Source of the DNA: Macrostomum lignano
Lineage: Eukaryota
Assembly: GCA_002269645.1 (NCBI GenBank)
Contig: NIVC01001827.1
Location: 248,001 to 312,000, forward strand
Direction of reading: 5' to 3'
DNA: 64,000 nucleotides
The notes beneath the pieces were generated by a model. The model ran no database searches. It saw only the letters and a list, made by a program, of their open reading frames with translations, and was not told where the DNA came from. The translations under genes and the position numbers were made by a program. Shown in pieces: positions 52,056-62,097 of this stretch. Each line of letters opens with the position of its first letter. The stretch's first letter is position 1.

Positions 52056-53268
52056 CAGAGCTGTCTCCGCAATCATTTAAGGCTATTAACTGTGTTCTGT
52101 CGCCATCAATTCTCCCTAGAAATCCCTCCCAGATCCCACCACAGACCGACCAGCATGGCTAGAATAGTTTCAAAATGTTTTCCATCGCCCCAAGATACCT
52201 GTCATGAATGTCTGTCTACATGCGTGTAAACTAATGCCCAGATTATATATGATATACTACTTACTGTACTACTGGTGTTACTCGTGCACTCGTCTATCTG
52301 ATTGCCCTGAACCATTTATAGTGTGGATAGTAGACTATCAGTGTAGAAATTATATCGAACTAAGAGAGTGAAATAGATGGGGTCGTTTTGCACACCTCTT
52401 CTCAGTTTCTGTCTCGCATTGTTTAAAGCTTAAATTATTTCAAGTGTTAAAATGTCTAATTATTTTCGGCTGCTAAATACTTTTAATGAGAATTGTCTGC
52501 CTTCTTAATTCTTGGAGGTGCAACCGAGTGAAATTTGATGTTCGAGTGTGAAATTACTTTTTAAATGTTGCCATAAATCAGGGCATTTCTTGGCCTCGGC
52601 CAAGAAATGAATAAATGACCTAGAGTCGAATTCGGTAGTCTATAGTAGAGAACAGAGAATAAAGAAGAGAAGAGAGTAAGGCGAGGATTAGATCGAAGAA
52701 AGAAAGAATTCGGAGAGACGACAAATTTCATATACGATATACCAGTGCTTGCAAAAGACGTGCGCGACCCGTCTGCATGAGGCGGAGGTGCAGAGAGCGC
52801 TGATATTTGTCGAGTTACTGGCCACAGCAGCTCAGCCGTTGAGCGTTACATCGGAGTTTCTGTGGAACAAGGTTTACTACAGACTTCATCAGTTCGGCCA
52901 GACCAGCTGTGCCCGCCAAGTCTCTCCCCATGCACACAGCTGACACTCCGTGTGTTGAGCAGCCATCTGGCCAAAATTGCGCATCGAAATTTGCGGTGAG
53001 ATACACAAACAAGATTTGACTGACATTTTTCGATTACACTAAACTAACTAATCGATGCTGACGGACGTGCATCCTGCTATTGGTTGGACTTTTACCGTAC
53101 ACAGTACAGTACGTGGGCAAGATAAACTCTGCAACGTTTTTAATTGGTCGAGCCATTTATTTGGCAGGCACGGCCAGATAAATTAACCATAGACTGCAAA
53201 TTGCCTGGTTATTTCATTTCCTCGTCTATGGTGAATAAGAATTTTGCTGGACTCTTTGCAACGAATCA

Positions 53269-54191
53269 ACTATACCTTTTCAACTTCGGATTCGTCAAAA
53301 GTGAGTTCAAATTCGTCAGCGTATGCAAAACTATCTAGCGCTCCAGGGGAAGAGAGTGAGTGTCTATGGTAAATTTTTAGAGAAAGTGACTTCGAATTCG
53401 TCTGAGTAAGTGAAATTCGCCAGTGCAAATACAGCCTGACCATAAAAAGTGTCTGCTTTGTCCATGGTAAGAAAAGAAGTTGTCTATGGTAAATTTAGGT
53501 AAGAAAGTGAGTGCAAAGTTCGTCTGTGGATCGCTCTAGACTCGTGCGATGTTTTCAACAAGGACGAGACTGGAGACAACTCGCAATTGAACTGGATATC
53601 AAGAGGACAACTGCCAGTGACATCATCAGGAGATATGTTGATGAGGGTAGGATTGATCTTAACGTGCGTGGAGGTGCAGTGAGACCAAAGTTTTCTGAGG
53701 AGATGCTCGGGGCGTTGACGAGGTATGTGGAAGAGAAGCCGACTGTGACCCTCAAAGAAATGCAGCAAAAGCTTGTTGCAGATTTTCCTGCTGCTCCTGC
53801 TGTGACAACGCAGGCAATCAGTCGTCGGCTTGACGGGACTTTGTGTGTTACATTGGCTGTTTGTTGCCATGTAGGGCATCTCTGACAAATCAAAGCATGA
53901 AATGAAGATTTCAGGAAATTGGGCTACTTTTCCACAGACGAAATTCACTCACTTTCTTACTTAAATTTACCATAGACAACTTCTTTTCTTACCATGGACA
54001 AAGCAGACACTTTTTATGGTCAGGCTGTATTTGCACTGACGAATTTCACTTACTTGGACGAATTCGAAGTCAATTTCTCTAAAAATTTACCATTAGACAC
54101 TCATTCTCTTCCCTTTGAGCGCTATATAGTTTTGCATACGCTGACGAATTTGAACTCACTTTTGACGAATCCGAAGTTGAAAAGGTATAGT
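53269..54191 (+). mobile_element. Tc1/mariner-IS630-like DNA transposon deletion derivative with about 260-bp TIRs, retaining only the HTH DNA-binding region
   Basis: Near-perfect IR arms 53269-53530 / 53931-54191 with TA at the ends. The central ORF 53511-53885 encodes a tandem HTH (RDWRQLAIELDIKRTTASDIIRRY...RGG...PTVTLKEMQQKL...TTQAISRRL). No DDE/D domain. Confidence 0.85.
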
Positions 54192-54440
54192 AGGAAGCAA
54201 AAGGATATACCAGGTATTAAAAAACAAAGCCAACCTACTATAAGGTTCGAGAAGTTCCATCAGATTCTTCGGGTTCCCCAAATTACTGCTTAAATTGTCT
54301 ATGGTACTCGGGCACTTGATATAAAATACCCAATTCTTGAGCGACAAAAATCCCTCCTTACATTCGGGCTCTGTTGATCCGAAGTTGAATTTAGAACAAG
54401 TTAAATTAGCATCAGGTCTACTAAAAGCAGAACCGAGCAC

Positions 54441-56432
54441 ATGGCCTGGATATCTTACGGTGGCCGCAGTGGCGCGACCATTCTCGATAAACGTCGCAGC
54501 CGCTACGCCGACAACGCTTCCAACAGCGACGACGGAGGTGCCGTTGGATCTGACGATCCGCCGCGTTACAAAGGCGTCCCATTGTGCGGCGCCGGCCTCT
54601 GCTCGGGCCCCGGCCTGCCGCCGAAGCGGCTGCCCCGGCCGGGCATCGACTGCGTCAACGGTGACCGGCCCTGTCTGCCCTGCGACATCGTCAACGTGCG
54701 CCTACGTGTGGCCGTCGCCGGCTCCAAGGTGAAGCGGGCGGTGGCCGAGTGTCAAAGGCGCTACTTCTGCCGAGTGTGGAACCTGCTGTTCGCCTACCTG
54801 TTCCCTGGCGAGCACCGCGATGGCCCGTGCAATCCTCGAGTCGTGAGGCCCAACGATCCCATGCCCGTTTGCCGTGGCCAGCCGCAAAATAGTCAATGGC
54901 GGCAGAGACAAAAGTGAGCGTTTCTTACATTTCTGGGGCCGAAAAATCGCTGTTGGAAAGTTGATTTCCCGCCTTTCTACTGTCAAAGTTTCAATCTCGT
55001 TCGCTTCGACATCAAAACTTGGCAGTTCAGTTGCGAATGTTGATTATACTTGCTCGTCTAATACTCGTCAAAACTCGATTACAAACGAGCAACGAGCACT
55101 TGCTCAGCCCTGGTGCCCACTAGTAGTAGCTCGGCTCTGCTTTGAATTTTCCCGTATTGCACTAGGGAAATTCCTTAAACTTCTGGTTAGTAACAAAGTG
55201 GCAGTTTTCCCAGTTTCCAGGAATTAATAAATAGGGTGAGAGGGAAACTTGCATTCATAATTGTCAGACAGGACGAGTTAAATGCTATTGAATAGCTTTG
55301 AATACCTGCCGGTGTTGTGAGAGGCTTCGCATGGCTTTTGTAGAAATATTTGCTAAATTGGACTTACCTAATCTTGAATAAGTCTTAATGTCTCTATCGG
55401 AGATGAGATTAGTAAATTTATTTAAACCTTAAGGCACGGGTCGGAAAACTCAGCTCTCTTCTCTATTTTCTCTCCCCTCCCCTCTCATCTCATCTATCAT
55501 CTCCTTGTTCCTCTTCTCTTTCCTCCTTAATCTATCAAAAACAATTTGCAGACTTCTGGCTCGGGTTCTGTTCCCGAGGTTGCTTTAATGCGGCATGCAC
55601 AAGCGGAATTCGATCGGGTTTCGGCTAAATTTAAAGGGTCGCCATCATAAACCCGAAAAATCACAACTCCGAAAGCACTTCCAATCATAAACCCGAAATA
55701 TCATAACTCCGAAAACCTAAATAGTGTTGGACATTGCTAGAACTTTCGGAGTTATGATATTTCAGGTTTGTGATATTTCGGGTTTGTGATATTTTGGGTT
55801 TGTGATATTTCGGGTTTATGATATTTCGGGTTTAAGATGGAAAGCGCTTTTCGGAGTTGTAATTTTTTGGGTTTGTGATGCCCCCATTGTTGGCCTAGCT
55901 GAAACTACAGCTGATTATCATTATCATCGGTCATCATATAAAAGTGTTTTACCTTTGGTCGATCGAAACTTCCGAAAGATACTAAATTAGGTCCATAGGC
56001 CCCCCAACAGTCTCAACACTGTGCAAGTGTATTCTAATCATTTCTCAGTGTCAAATTGAATCCCGCCTTGCTATGTTTATTTGCAGGCAGAGCCAGCCCA
56101 GGCCTGTCTGGGAGCGAGCGCTCAGCCCAGTTGAGGACATGAAGATGACGGACCATCGGGTGCGCAGACGCCTGCCAGACGAGCAGAAGCAACCGCCTGC
56201 CAGCACGCCGCCGCCACCGCCGCCGCCGCCGCCGCCGACAGCTAAGAAGCGACCAGCAGTTCAGACGCGCCGACAGGCCGGCAACCTGCGGTATAACCTG
56301 GTTGACAGGCCCTACCTGACTGGTGACAGCCTCAAGAGTCACCAGATTCGCGGCGCCACGCCAGCGCGGAATGGACAGTTGCGAGGCAATTTCTACGACC
56401 TGCCGGCAATGGATTCTGAGAAGAGAGCCTGA
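54441..56432 (+). CDS. Uncharacterised protein, two coding exons, containing a PCLPCDIV...AECxxRYFxRVWxLLFAxLFP domain (paralogue A)
   Basis: ORF 54441-54913 ends in a phase-2 donor (aa|gtgagc) that joins in frame to the acceptor ttgcag|g at 56087 (poly-Pro exon to the stop at 56432). The domain is conserved at amino-acid level with the ORF at 60.1 kb. The true start may lie further upstream. Confidence 0.65.
55636..55885. mobile_element. Foldback-type MITE with subterminal tandem repeats, in the intron of paralogue A
   Basis: Left arm with CATAAACCCGAAA/CAACTCCGAAA units, inverted against right-arm TTTCGGGTTTGTG/TTTCGGAGTTG units. Confidence 0.7.
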
Positions 56433-57139
56433 TTTCTTGAGGAAACAGCGGCTCAACTGCAATTTTAAAATACGTGCAGGTTTAGACTGACTGCATATGC
56501 GCTCATCTGTATCATAATGTAATTTCTCTAAAGCTTTATAACGCATATGATTTGTTTAGTACACAAGTGTTCATTTTAGTGCTAACGCTTCTATATTTTG
56601 TTCCTATGTTAAAAAAGATGACTAGCTCTGTACTACTGCAGCTCATTAAGTAGTTGATACAACTTGCTTTTTATTTTATTGGGCAAATTTAATACACCTT
56701 TGTCACTTGTACATCACTTTTTGTATTGTTTTAGTTGTGTCGGCAACTTCAAATTTCAAATTATACATAAACTGAGCTCTTAAAAATAGTTGCTATGCCC
56801 TCTCTGCATACTGCATGTAAGAATCTTTGTGTTTAGCGCCTCGTTTTGTCCACACTTTAGTCTGTGGCTAATTGTAATTATACTTTTACCCAGACGCAAT
56901 GAAAAAATATTTTGGCCATTATTCCACAGTTTTGATGTGTACCATAGACATTTGGATTGAAAAAATCCATTGCTCAGTATTTTTGTTAATAAATACAGAA
57001 CAACAAGAAGTAAATGAACAAAAAGGAAAACTCATTAAAACTAAAGTACCAGCTACACGAAAAGAGTTATTAATAAATGTTACAGCTAGTGCAGTTTATC
57101 AGTTTGTAGTCGAAATTTGACAATGTGAAAATCAATTTG

Positions 57140-57662
57140 TCACCCAAAGTGAAACATGCAGTTCTCAAAGCCGCAGTTTCTAAAGATGCTCGACACTTTA
57201 GCCTGATGATTTGGCACTGCAAAAGGAGTTGGTCTATGTTGAATGTTTTCTATGAAAGAGAAATACAGGTGCTCAAGTATAGTTGCCGAACTTACCATTT
57301 GAAAGATGCACGTCTTGGTTAAGTTGGCATGCGACTGATGAGCTTCGTCTGATGAGCTTCTTTGGTACCGCAGTATCCAAACTGGGATTCTTTGGGACTG
57401 TCGGCTGCTCGACTGAATCGATTGGCCACTTTCAGGCATCGTTTATAGCCGTCGAGGCGTTGAAGACTGCATGGTCGCGTTTTCTTCCTAGGTAGCGCCG
57501 CACGGTTCGTTCAGTCGTCGACAGGAAGATTTTTTCAATTAATAAGCGCGGCTGTTTGACGAGATGCACTATAGCCATAGTAGTTTGACAAGACAAATAG
57601 CTTTTTCTCCCACTACTCGCTTTCCTGATTTCTTGCAAGACGCAAGCAAAATCAGCACTCAT
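57140..57662 (-). pseudogene. C-terminal-only paralogue of the tyrosine recombinase (degenerate, one frameshift near 57435)
   Basis: Reads ...KSYLSCQTTMAIVHL...TERTVRRYLGRKRD...STAIND, then in the next frame ...SSIFRNCGFENCMFHFG*. This is collinear with KQYTNHCIRVTRIADL...SESTVRRYLARKRD...TAVSD...MFANCLFDGCTFKF* of the 58201 ORF. Confidence 0.75.
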
Positions 57663-58200
57663 CACAGTGTTGTCTATGGTCAAACTAAGCCACACAACTC
57701 AGTTGTCTATGGGTAAAACAACTCTTAAAACAGCCAATTGAAGCATGATAAAAAGTGTGGAATAATGACAGCGACAAAAGTGTGGAATAATGGCCGCAAA
57801 AGTGTGGAATAATGGTAGATTAAGTCTATGGTTTCAGACTTGGATAATGATCACAGTCACGAGTGGCGAAGCCACGAGTGACTGCTGATCATTATTTAAT
57901 TCTGAAACCATAGACATAATCGCATTATCATATAGACTAGCGTTTTCGGTTGATCATTATGTAACGCCATTAAGCCACGCCATTAAGTAACGCTGCAGTG
58001 TCTTCGTGCCATAGATATTGGCTCGGCAGTGAGCAGGGACAAGGGAGCGCAGCTCCCTTGCGGGGGTGTGGGGGCAGAGCCCCACTAATTGGACCATAGA
58101 CAATTTTTTAGAATACAGTTCTCTAAAAGAAAAGCTCGACCATGAAGTCTGTTAGGAAGTTAAGAACTAGAAGCAAGAAGCGAGAGAAATCGAATTAAAA

Positions 58201-59550
58201 ATGCCTCTTATCAACTGGAAAAACCTACCGGTCGACAGTTTAGATGGCGTCTCGTCTACTGAACTAGATTTTCTGAGTGAACTGAGCGCCGTGAACCACA
58301 GTTCCGATGAAATTCTTGGAGATTTTATCGACTACCTGACTAAAATCGAGACGGCTGATGAGGCCGCTGCGGTTTCTAGTGTCGAGCTTCCAGAACTATC
58401 TGATTTACCCAGTGCGATGGATGTTGCCGAACTGGAATCACTGCCGAGCACTACACGAGAACACATGTTTCTGTATGGCAAAATGTTCGTGGAGTTTTTG
58501 AAGAAACATGGTGCTGTGGATGTAAGCGTGATCAGTGACAGTCGCTTGGCCGAATTTTTAAGGTTCTTTTACTTCTGTCTAAAAAAATCTGACGGCAGTT
58601 GCTATTCGCCAGCTACGTTGGTCTGCATTCGTGCTGGAGTGCAGAGGTACTTGACTCTCGTGCTGAAGCGTCGAACAAATATTATTTCCAGTGACGAGTT
58701 CGCCACTGCCAACCGGATGCTGCGAGTAAAGGTGCGGCATTTTCATGCTGATGGAGGCACTGTCAATCAGCACGAGCCAATAGAAGAAGGTGATTTACAG
58801 AAAATGCGTGCTTATTTTGACCGTTCTACAGCAGAACGGTTGCAAGATGAAGTACTATTTACGCTGCTGTATGTCCTGGGCGAGAGAGGTCAAGAACACC
58901 TGTCAAGTCTAAAGCAAGTTGGCACGCTCCAAGAAGAAGTCGACGCTGATGGGAATCCATATCTTGCGTTGCCGCCGTTAAAGACAAAAAACCAGACTAG
59001 CGATCCAACAAAATGCAAGGGAAATCAGCGCAAACAGAGTCGGATCTACGGCGCTCAGCGGGAGTTGATCCTGCATCATCAGAGTTTGTTACCGCAGAAT
59101 TCGTCCTCGTTCTTTCCGCGCCCTCTGACTAACAATTCGGGAGGACAAATTCGATTCTCTGCTACGCAAGTGCGCGGTGTCAATTGGTTGGCTGCATTCA
59201 TGAAGCACGTTAGTAGTGTGTGCAACCTCTCCAAGCAGTACACGAATCACTGCATACGCGTCACGCGTATTGCGGATCTTTTCGACAAAGGAATGCCTAT
59301 GGGGGAGATAATGGCGGTAACGGGACAACGATCGGAGTCCACTGTTCGACGTTATCTCGCACGCAAGCGTGACAGAACCCTCAGGAAGGTTGCTACCGCT
59401 GTTAGTGACAATTTGGCCGCACCAACCGATGCGACTACGAGTGCAACCACTAGTGCAACAGTCATGCAGCAAGCTCAAGTTGACCTGCGAGGTGTGCAAC
59501 AGCCGATGTTTGCCAACTGCCTCTTCGATGGGTGCACGTTCAAATTCTAA
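58201..59550 (+). CDS. Tyrosine recombinase, Crypton/DUF3504 (KCTD1/ZMYM/QRICH1-related) type, 449 aa, intronless
   Basis: Motifs YSPATLVCIRAGVQRYL, GERGQE (catalytic R), KTKN (K), YTNHCIR (HxxR), TGQRS (H/W position is Q), VRRY (Y), and C-terminal MFANCLFDGCTFKF. Confidence 0.88.
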   Translation: MPLINWKNLPVDSLDGVSSTELDFLSELSAVNHSSDEILGDFIDYLTKIETADEAAAVSSVELPELSDLPSAMDVAELESLPSTTREHMFLYGKMFVEFLKKHGAVDVSVISDSRLAEFLRFFYFCLKKSDGSCYSPATLVCIRAGVQRYLTLVLKRRTNIISSDEFATANRMLRVKVRHFHADGGTVNQHEPIEEGDLQKMRAYFDRSTAERLQDEVLFTLLYVLGERGQEHLSSLKQVGTLQEEVDADGNPYLALPPLKTKNQTSDPTKCKGNQRKQSRIYGAQRELILHHQSLLPQNSSSFFPRPLTNNSGGQIRFSATQVRGVNWLAAFMKHVSSVCNLSKQYTNHCIRVTRIADLFDKGMPMGEIMAVTGQRSESTVRRYLARKRDRTLRKVATAVSDNLAAPTDATTSATTSATVMQQAQVDLRGVQQPMFANCLFDGCTFKF

Positions 59551-59923
59551 CAAAGAATATATAGCTCGTACTTATAAGTCTTAACTGTCGAAAATCAAAT
59601 ACTTTGGTATTCGTTTGCTTTGCTATATCCTCGGTCTGTTTCCTGTTAAAGTTCTTGTTGCTTAAATTAATAAAAACAGTGAATTTCTCGCTCATAATCT
59701 ATGGCAATTTATCGTGACTTAACATCTTCATTAAAAAATGCATTAAAAAACGATAGTCTATATGATAATGACTGAGCGCTGAGTGAAAGTATAAATACAA
59801 TGCACTTTTATAGTATGCAACTGAGTTGAATAATGGCCAAAACTCGAGTGCGCTACGCCTACCGCCTACCGGCGCTCGCCAGACAATCGTTGTCACGCAC
59901 TGGGACCGCTGATTATTTATCCA

Positions 59924-60513
59924 TTGTGTGCAGCAAACAATAACGAGTGCCCGCATGTTCCGCTCGCGCTATCTATCACACCAGACGCAGTGATTGACAT
60001 TGACAGAGTTGACAATATGATGTCAAGGATTGATAGCAGAGGAATTTCAGTTGCGGGCGACCGTGTCTTCGAGCCAGTGGTTGCTGCCTGGCGGCGCCAG
60101 CGGGTGGTTGCTTGGACGTTCAATGGGTCTCCCTGTGGGATATCCCACTCTTCAAGATCTGCAGAGACTCAGTTAATCCTTGCCTACCGTGCGACATCGT
60201 CAAACTGCAGACATGCGCCTCTGAAACTCAGTTAGAGCAAAAAATAGCTGAGTGCGAGAAGCGCTATTTCTACCGAGTCTGGGACCTGCTATTTGCCCAC
60301 CTGTTCCCAGTTCAGCCTACAAGTCCAGCCGAGTCCCAGTCAGCCAAGCGCCAGAGAAAATCTCACTGCGAAGCAAACAGCCAGCAGCAGAAACTGGAGC
60401 AACAACCGCAACCGGTTGAGTCGACTGACACCCAGGAAAAAAGTGACAGTTTTCCCAGTTTAAATAGACGAGGCACGGGGGGAGCGAAGAGCAACAGACA
60501 AAAAGACTCATGA
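59924..60513 (+). CDS. Uncharacterised protein with the same PCLPCDIV domain (paralogue B), with a probable 1-nt frameshift near 60127
   Basis: ORF 60112-60513 contains NPCLPCDIVKLQTCASETQLEQKIAECEKRYFYRVWDLLFAHLFP. Adding one G to the GGG near 60126 fuses it to ORF 59924 and gives FNGVSLW, which aligns with YKGVPLC of paralogue A. Confidence 0.6.
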
Positions 60514-60794
60514 AAGAACGCCGGCGTGTGTACTTGTACTACGACTATCTACGAGTACATGTATGTGTGCCGTATTTTTCGGTATTCAGTCGACCATATC
60601 TGAAACCATATCTCGACCATATTTTGAGCAATCAACATGCACAAATGCAAGCGCAATTACACTATATATTAAAGTAGAATATTTTGATACGCCAGTATTT
60701 GTACACTCATAATTTTTGTGTTAACTGTTGTTCCAATCTTTTTTAAAACGCCCAAATAATAATAATAATAATTGGTTACCTGCCTGATTGGCCA

Positions 60795-61029
60795 GGTGTG
60801 GAACCGACAGCTCAGCCGCAGCTATTGCGCGGCGCATCTGAAGGTTGCCTACGGCTGTTCAGTCCAAGGACTGGGGGGTCGCCACACAGCCTCAATTACC
60901 CCAGCTAATGCTGGCACCCATTACACAGCTGGGTGAACTGAAGCAAAGACACAAATTGTTACGATGGGATCGAGAGTCGAACCTCCGACCGTCAAGTCGT
61001 GAGTCGGATGCTCTAACCGCTAGGCTATA
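60795..61029 (-). mobile_element. tRNA-derived CORE-like SINE family 1, copy 3 (short internal deletion)
   Basis: High identity to 2020-2288 but lacks part of the GTGTCTTGCTCAAG segment. Confidence 0.85.
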
Positions 61030-61515
61030 CCAACCCCCAACGCCTAAAAAAGAGTCCACCATGAATGGCTGCTGACTTGTATGAAGGCTTGAGTCCAATG
61101 CTTAGTGTCTTGTCCTGGAATACTTTTTGGTCTACAAAACTTTTAATCTCATATTTCATTGCAAAAGATTTGGTTTTTCTTTTTGATACATGTATACTCG
61201 TAATACGAAATCAGGACCCCACCGTTGATACCATTAGCATTCAACTCAAATGAGCTTCTGGTGGTCAAAAAACGGGGTCATTAATTTTTCCGTTCTGTGA
61301 GATGTTCAGTGAAACATTGATGGAGTCATTTGGACTGTCGCTAGTTCAAGATCGTTAGGTATGTTTTTTCTGCTAGGCAGTTACTGCCGATGTATTCGTA
61401 ATTAAAAACGATGCCGGAAAAAATCTCTTTGGTAGCAAAAAATGCTTGAAAAGCAAAGTCAATCCAGCTGATGAAATGACCATGGTAAACATCCGTTGGC
61501 AGTTTCCGCCAACCA

Positions 61516-61863
61516 TCAGCAGTGCATGTACCTGCCGACAATCTGACCACATCCGGGACAGGTGTGCACCGCGTCTTTGGCTCGGTCGCAGCAGAATGGA
61601 AAGCAGCAGAAAAGAGGACACAGAAGCCACGGCATGAGACCGTTGTACTTCTTCACTAAGGTAACGATATCCTTGTAGCAGTAAGGACAGGTCATAGGCA
61701 GCGGGTCAGGCCCGATCTGGGTGATCACAATGTCCGGCTGGTGCTGGCTCTGATGCCGGTGCTGCCGGCCCTCGTGTCCGGGCGGCCAGTCGTCCACTCC
61801 GCCGCGGTCGCAAATTCGGCCGCTGGAAATCGGCGGCGATCGAAGCCGCTCCGACCTGAGCAT
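61516..61863 (-). CDS. LITAF-like zinc-ribbon domain protein
   Basis: PLPMTCPYCYKDIVTLVKKYNGLMPWLLCPLFCCFPFCCDRAKDAVHTCPGCGQIVGRY shows CxxC, a hydrophobic Cys-rich stretch and HxCxxC. The start codon is uncertain. Confidence 0.85.
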   Translation of the reverse strand: MLRSERLRSPPISSGRICDRGGVDDWPPGHEGRQHRHQSQHQPDIVITQIGPDPLPMTCPYCYKDIVTLVKKYNGLMPWLLCPLFCCFPFCCDRAKDAVHTCPGCGQIVGRYMHC

Positions 61864-62097
61864 GCCGAGTTGTGTGCGCGTAATTTTGGCTGGCGTTGAC
61901 TGCCGTTGGCGGACCGTTCAATGCGGAGCTTCCAGGCCGGGCGCATCAAAGATTAACAATACGCGACTAGCGTCGATTCTGTGGCTGATGCTACAGCATT
62001 GCTCAGCTAGTTTCTGCTGCATCTGTTGTCAATTATTTTTTAAATAGGTCTTTCCACCATAGAACCCTTATTTACGAGTAAATAACCCTTATGTATC

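Larger units (their letters stand above)
56910..59842. mobile_element. Crypton-like tyrosine-recombinase element with a quasi-palindromic two-arm structure
   Basis: Outer perfect 14-bp IR (TTTTGGCCATTATT 56910-56923 / AATAATGGCCAAAA 59829-59842). Inner IR pairs surround each ORF. Central hairpin 57824-57915. Three direct AAAAGTGTGGAATAATG repeats at 57751, 57776 and 57798. Exact termini are not proven. Confidence 0.7.

Noticed and set aside
52780-52995. Upstream exon of paralogue A (phase-2 donor compatible with an acceptor at 54416)
   Set aside because: In-frame stop at 52778, and no convincing ATG or acceptor.
57330-57362. CTGATGAG tandem as a hammerhead ribozyme core
   Set aside because: No downstream GAAA or stem structure; it is a 12-bp direct duplication in the antisense of the YR-C fragment.
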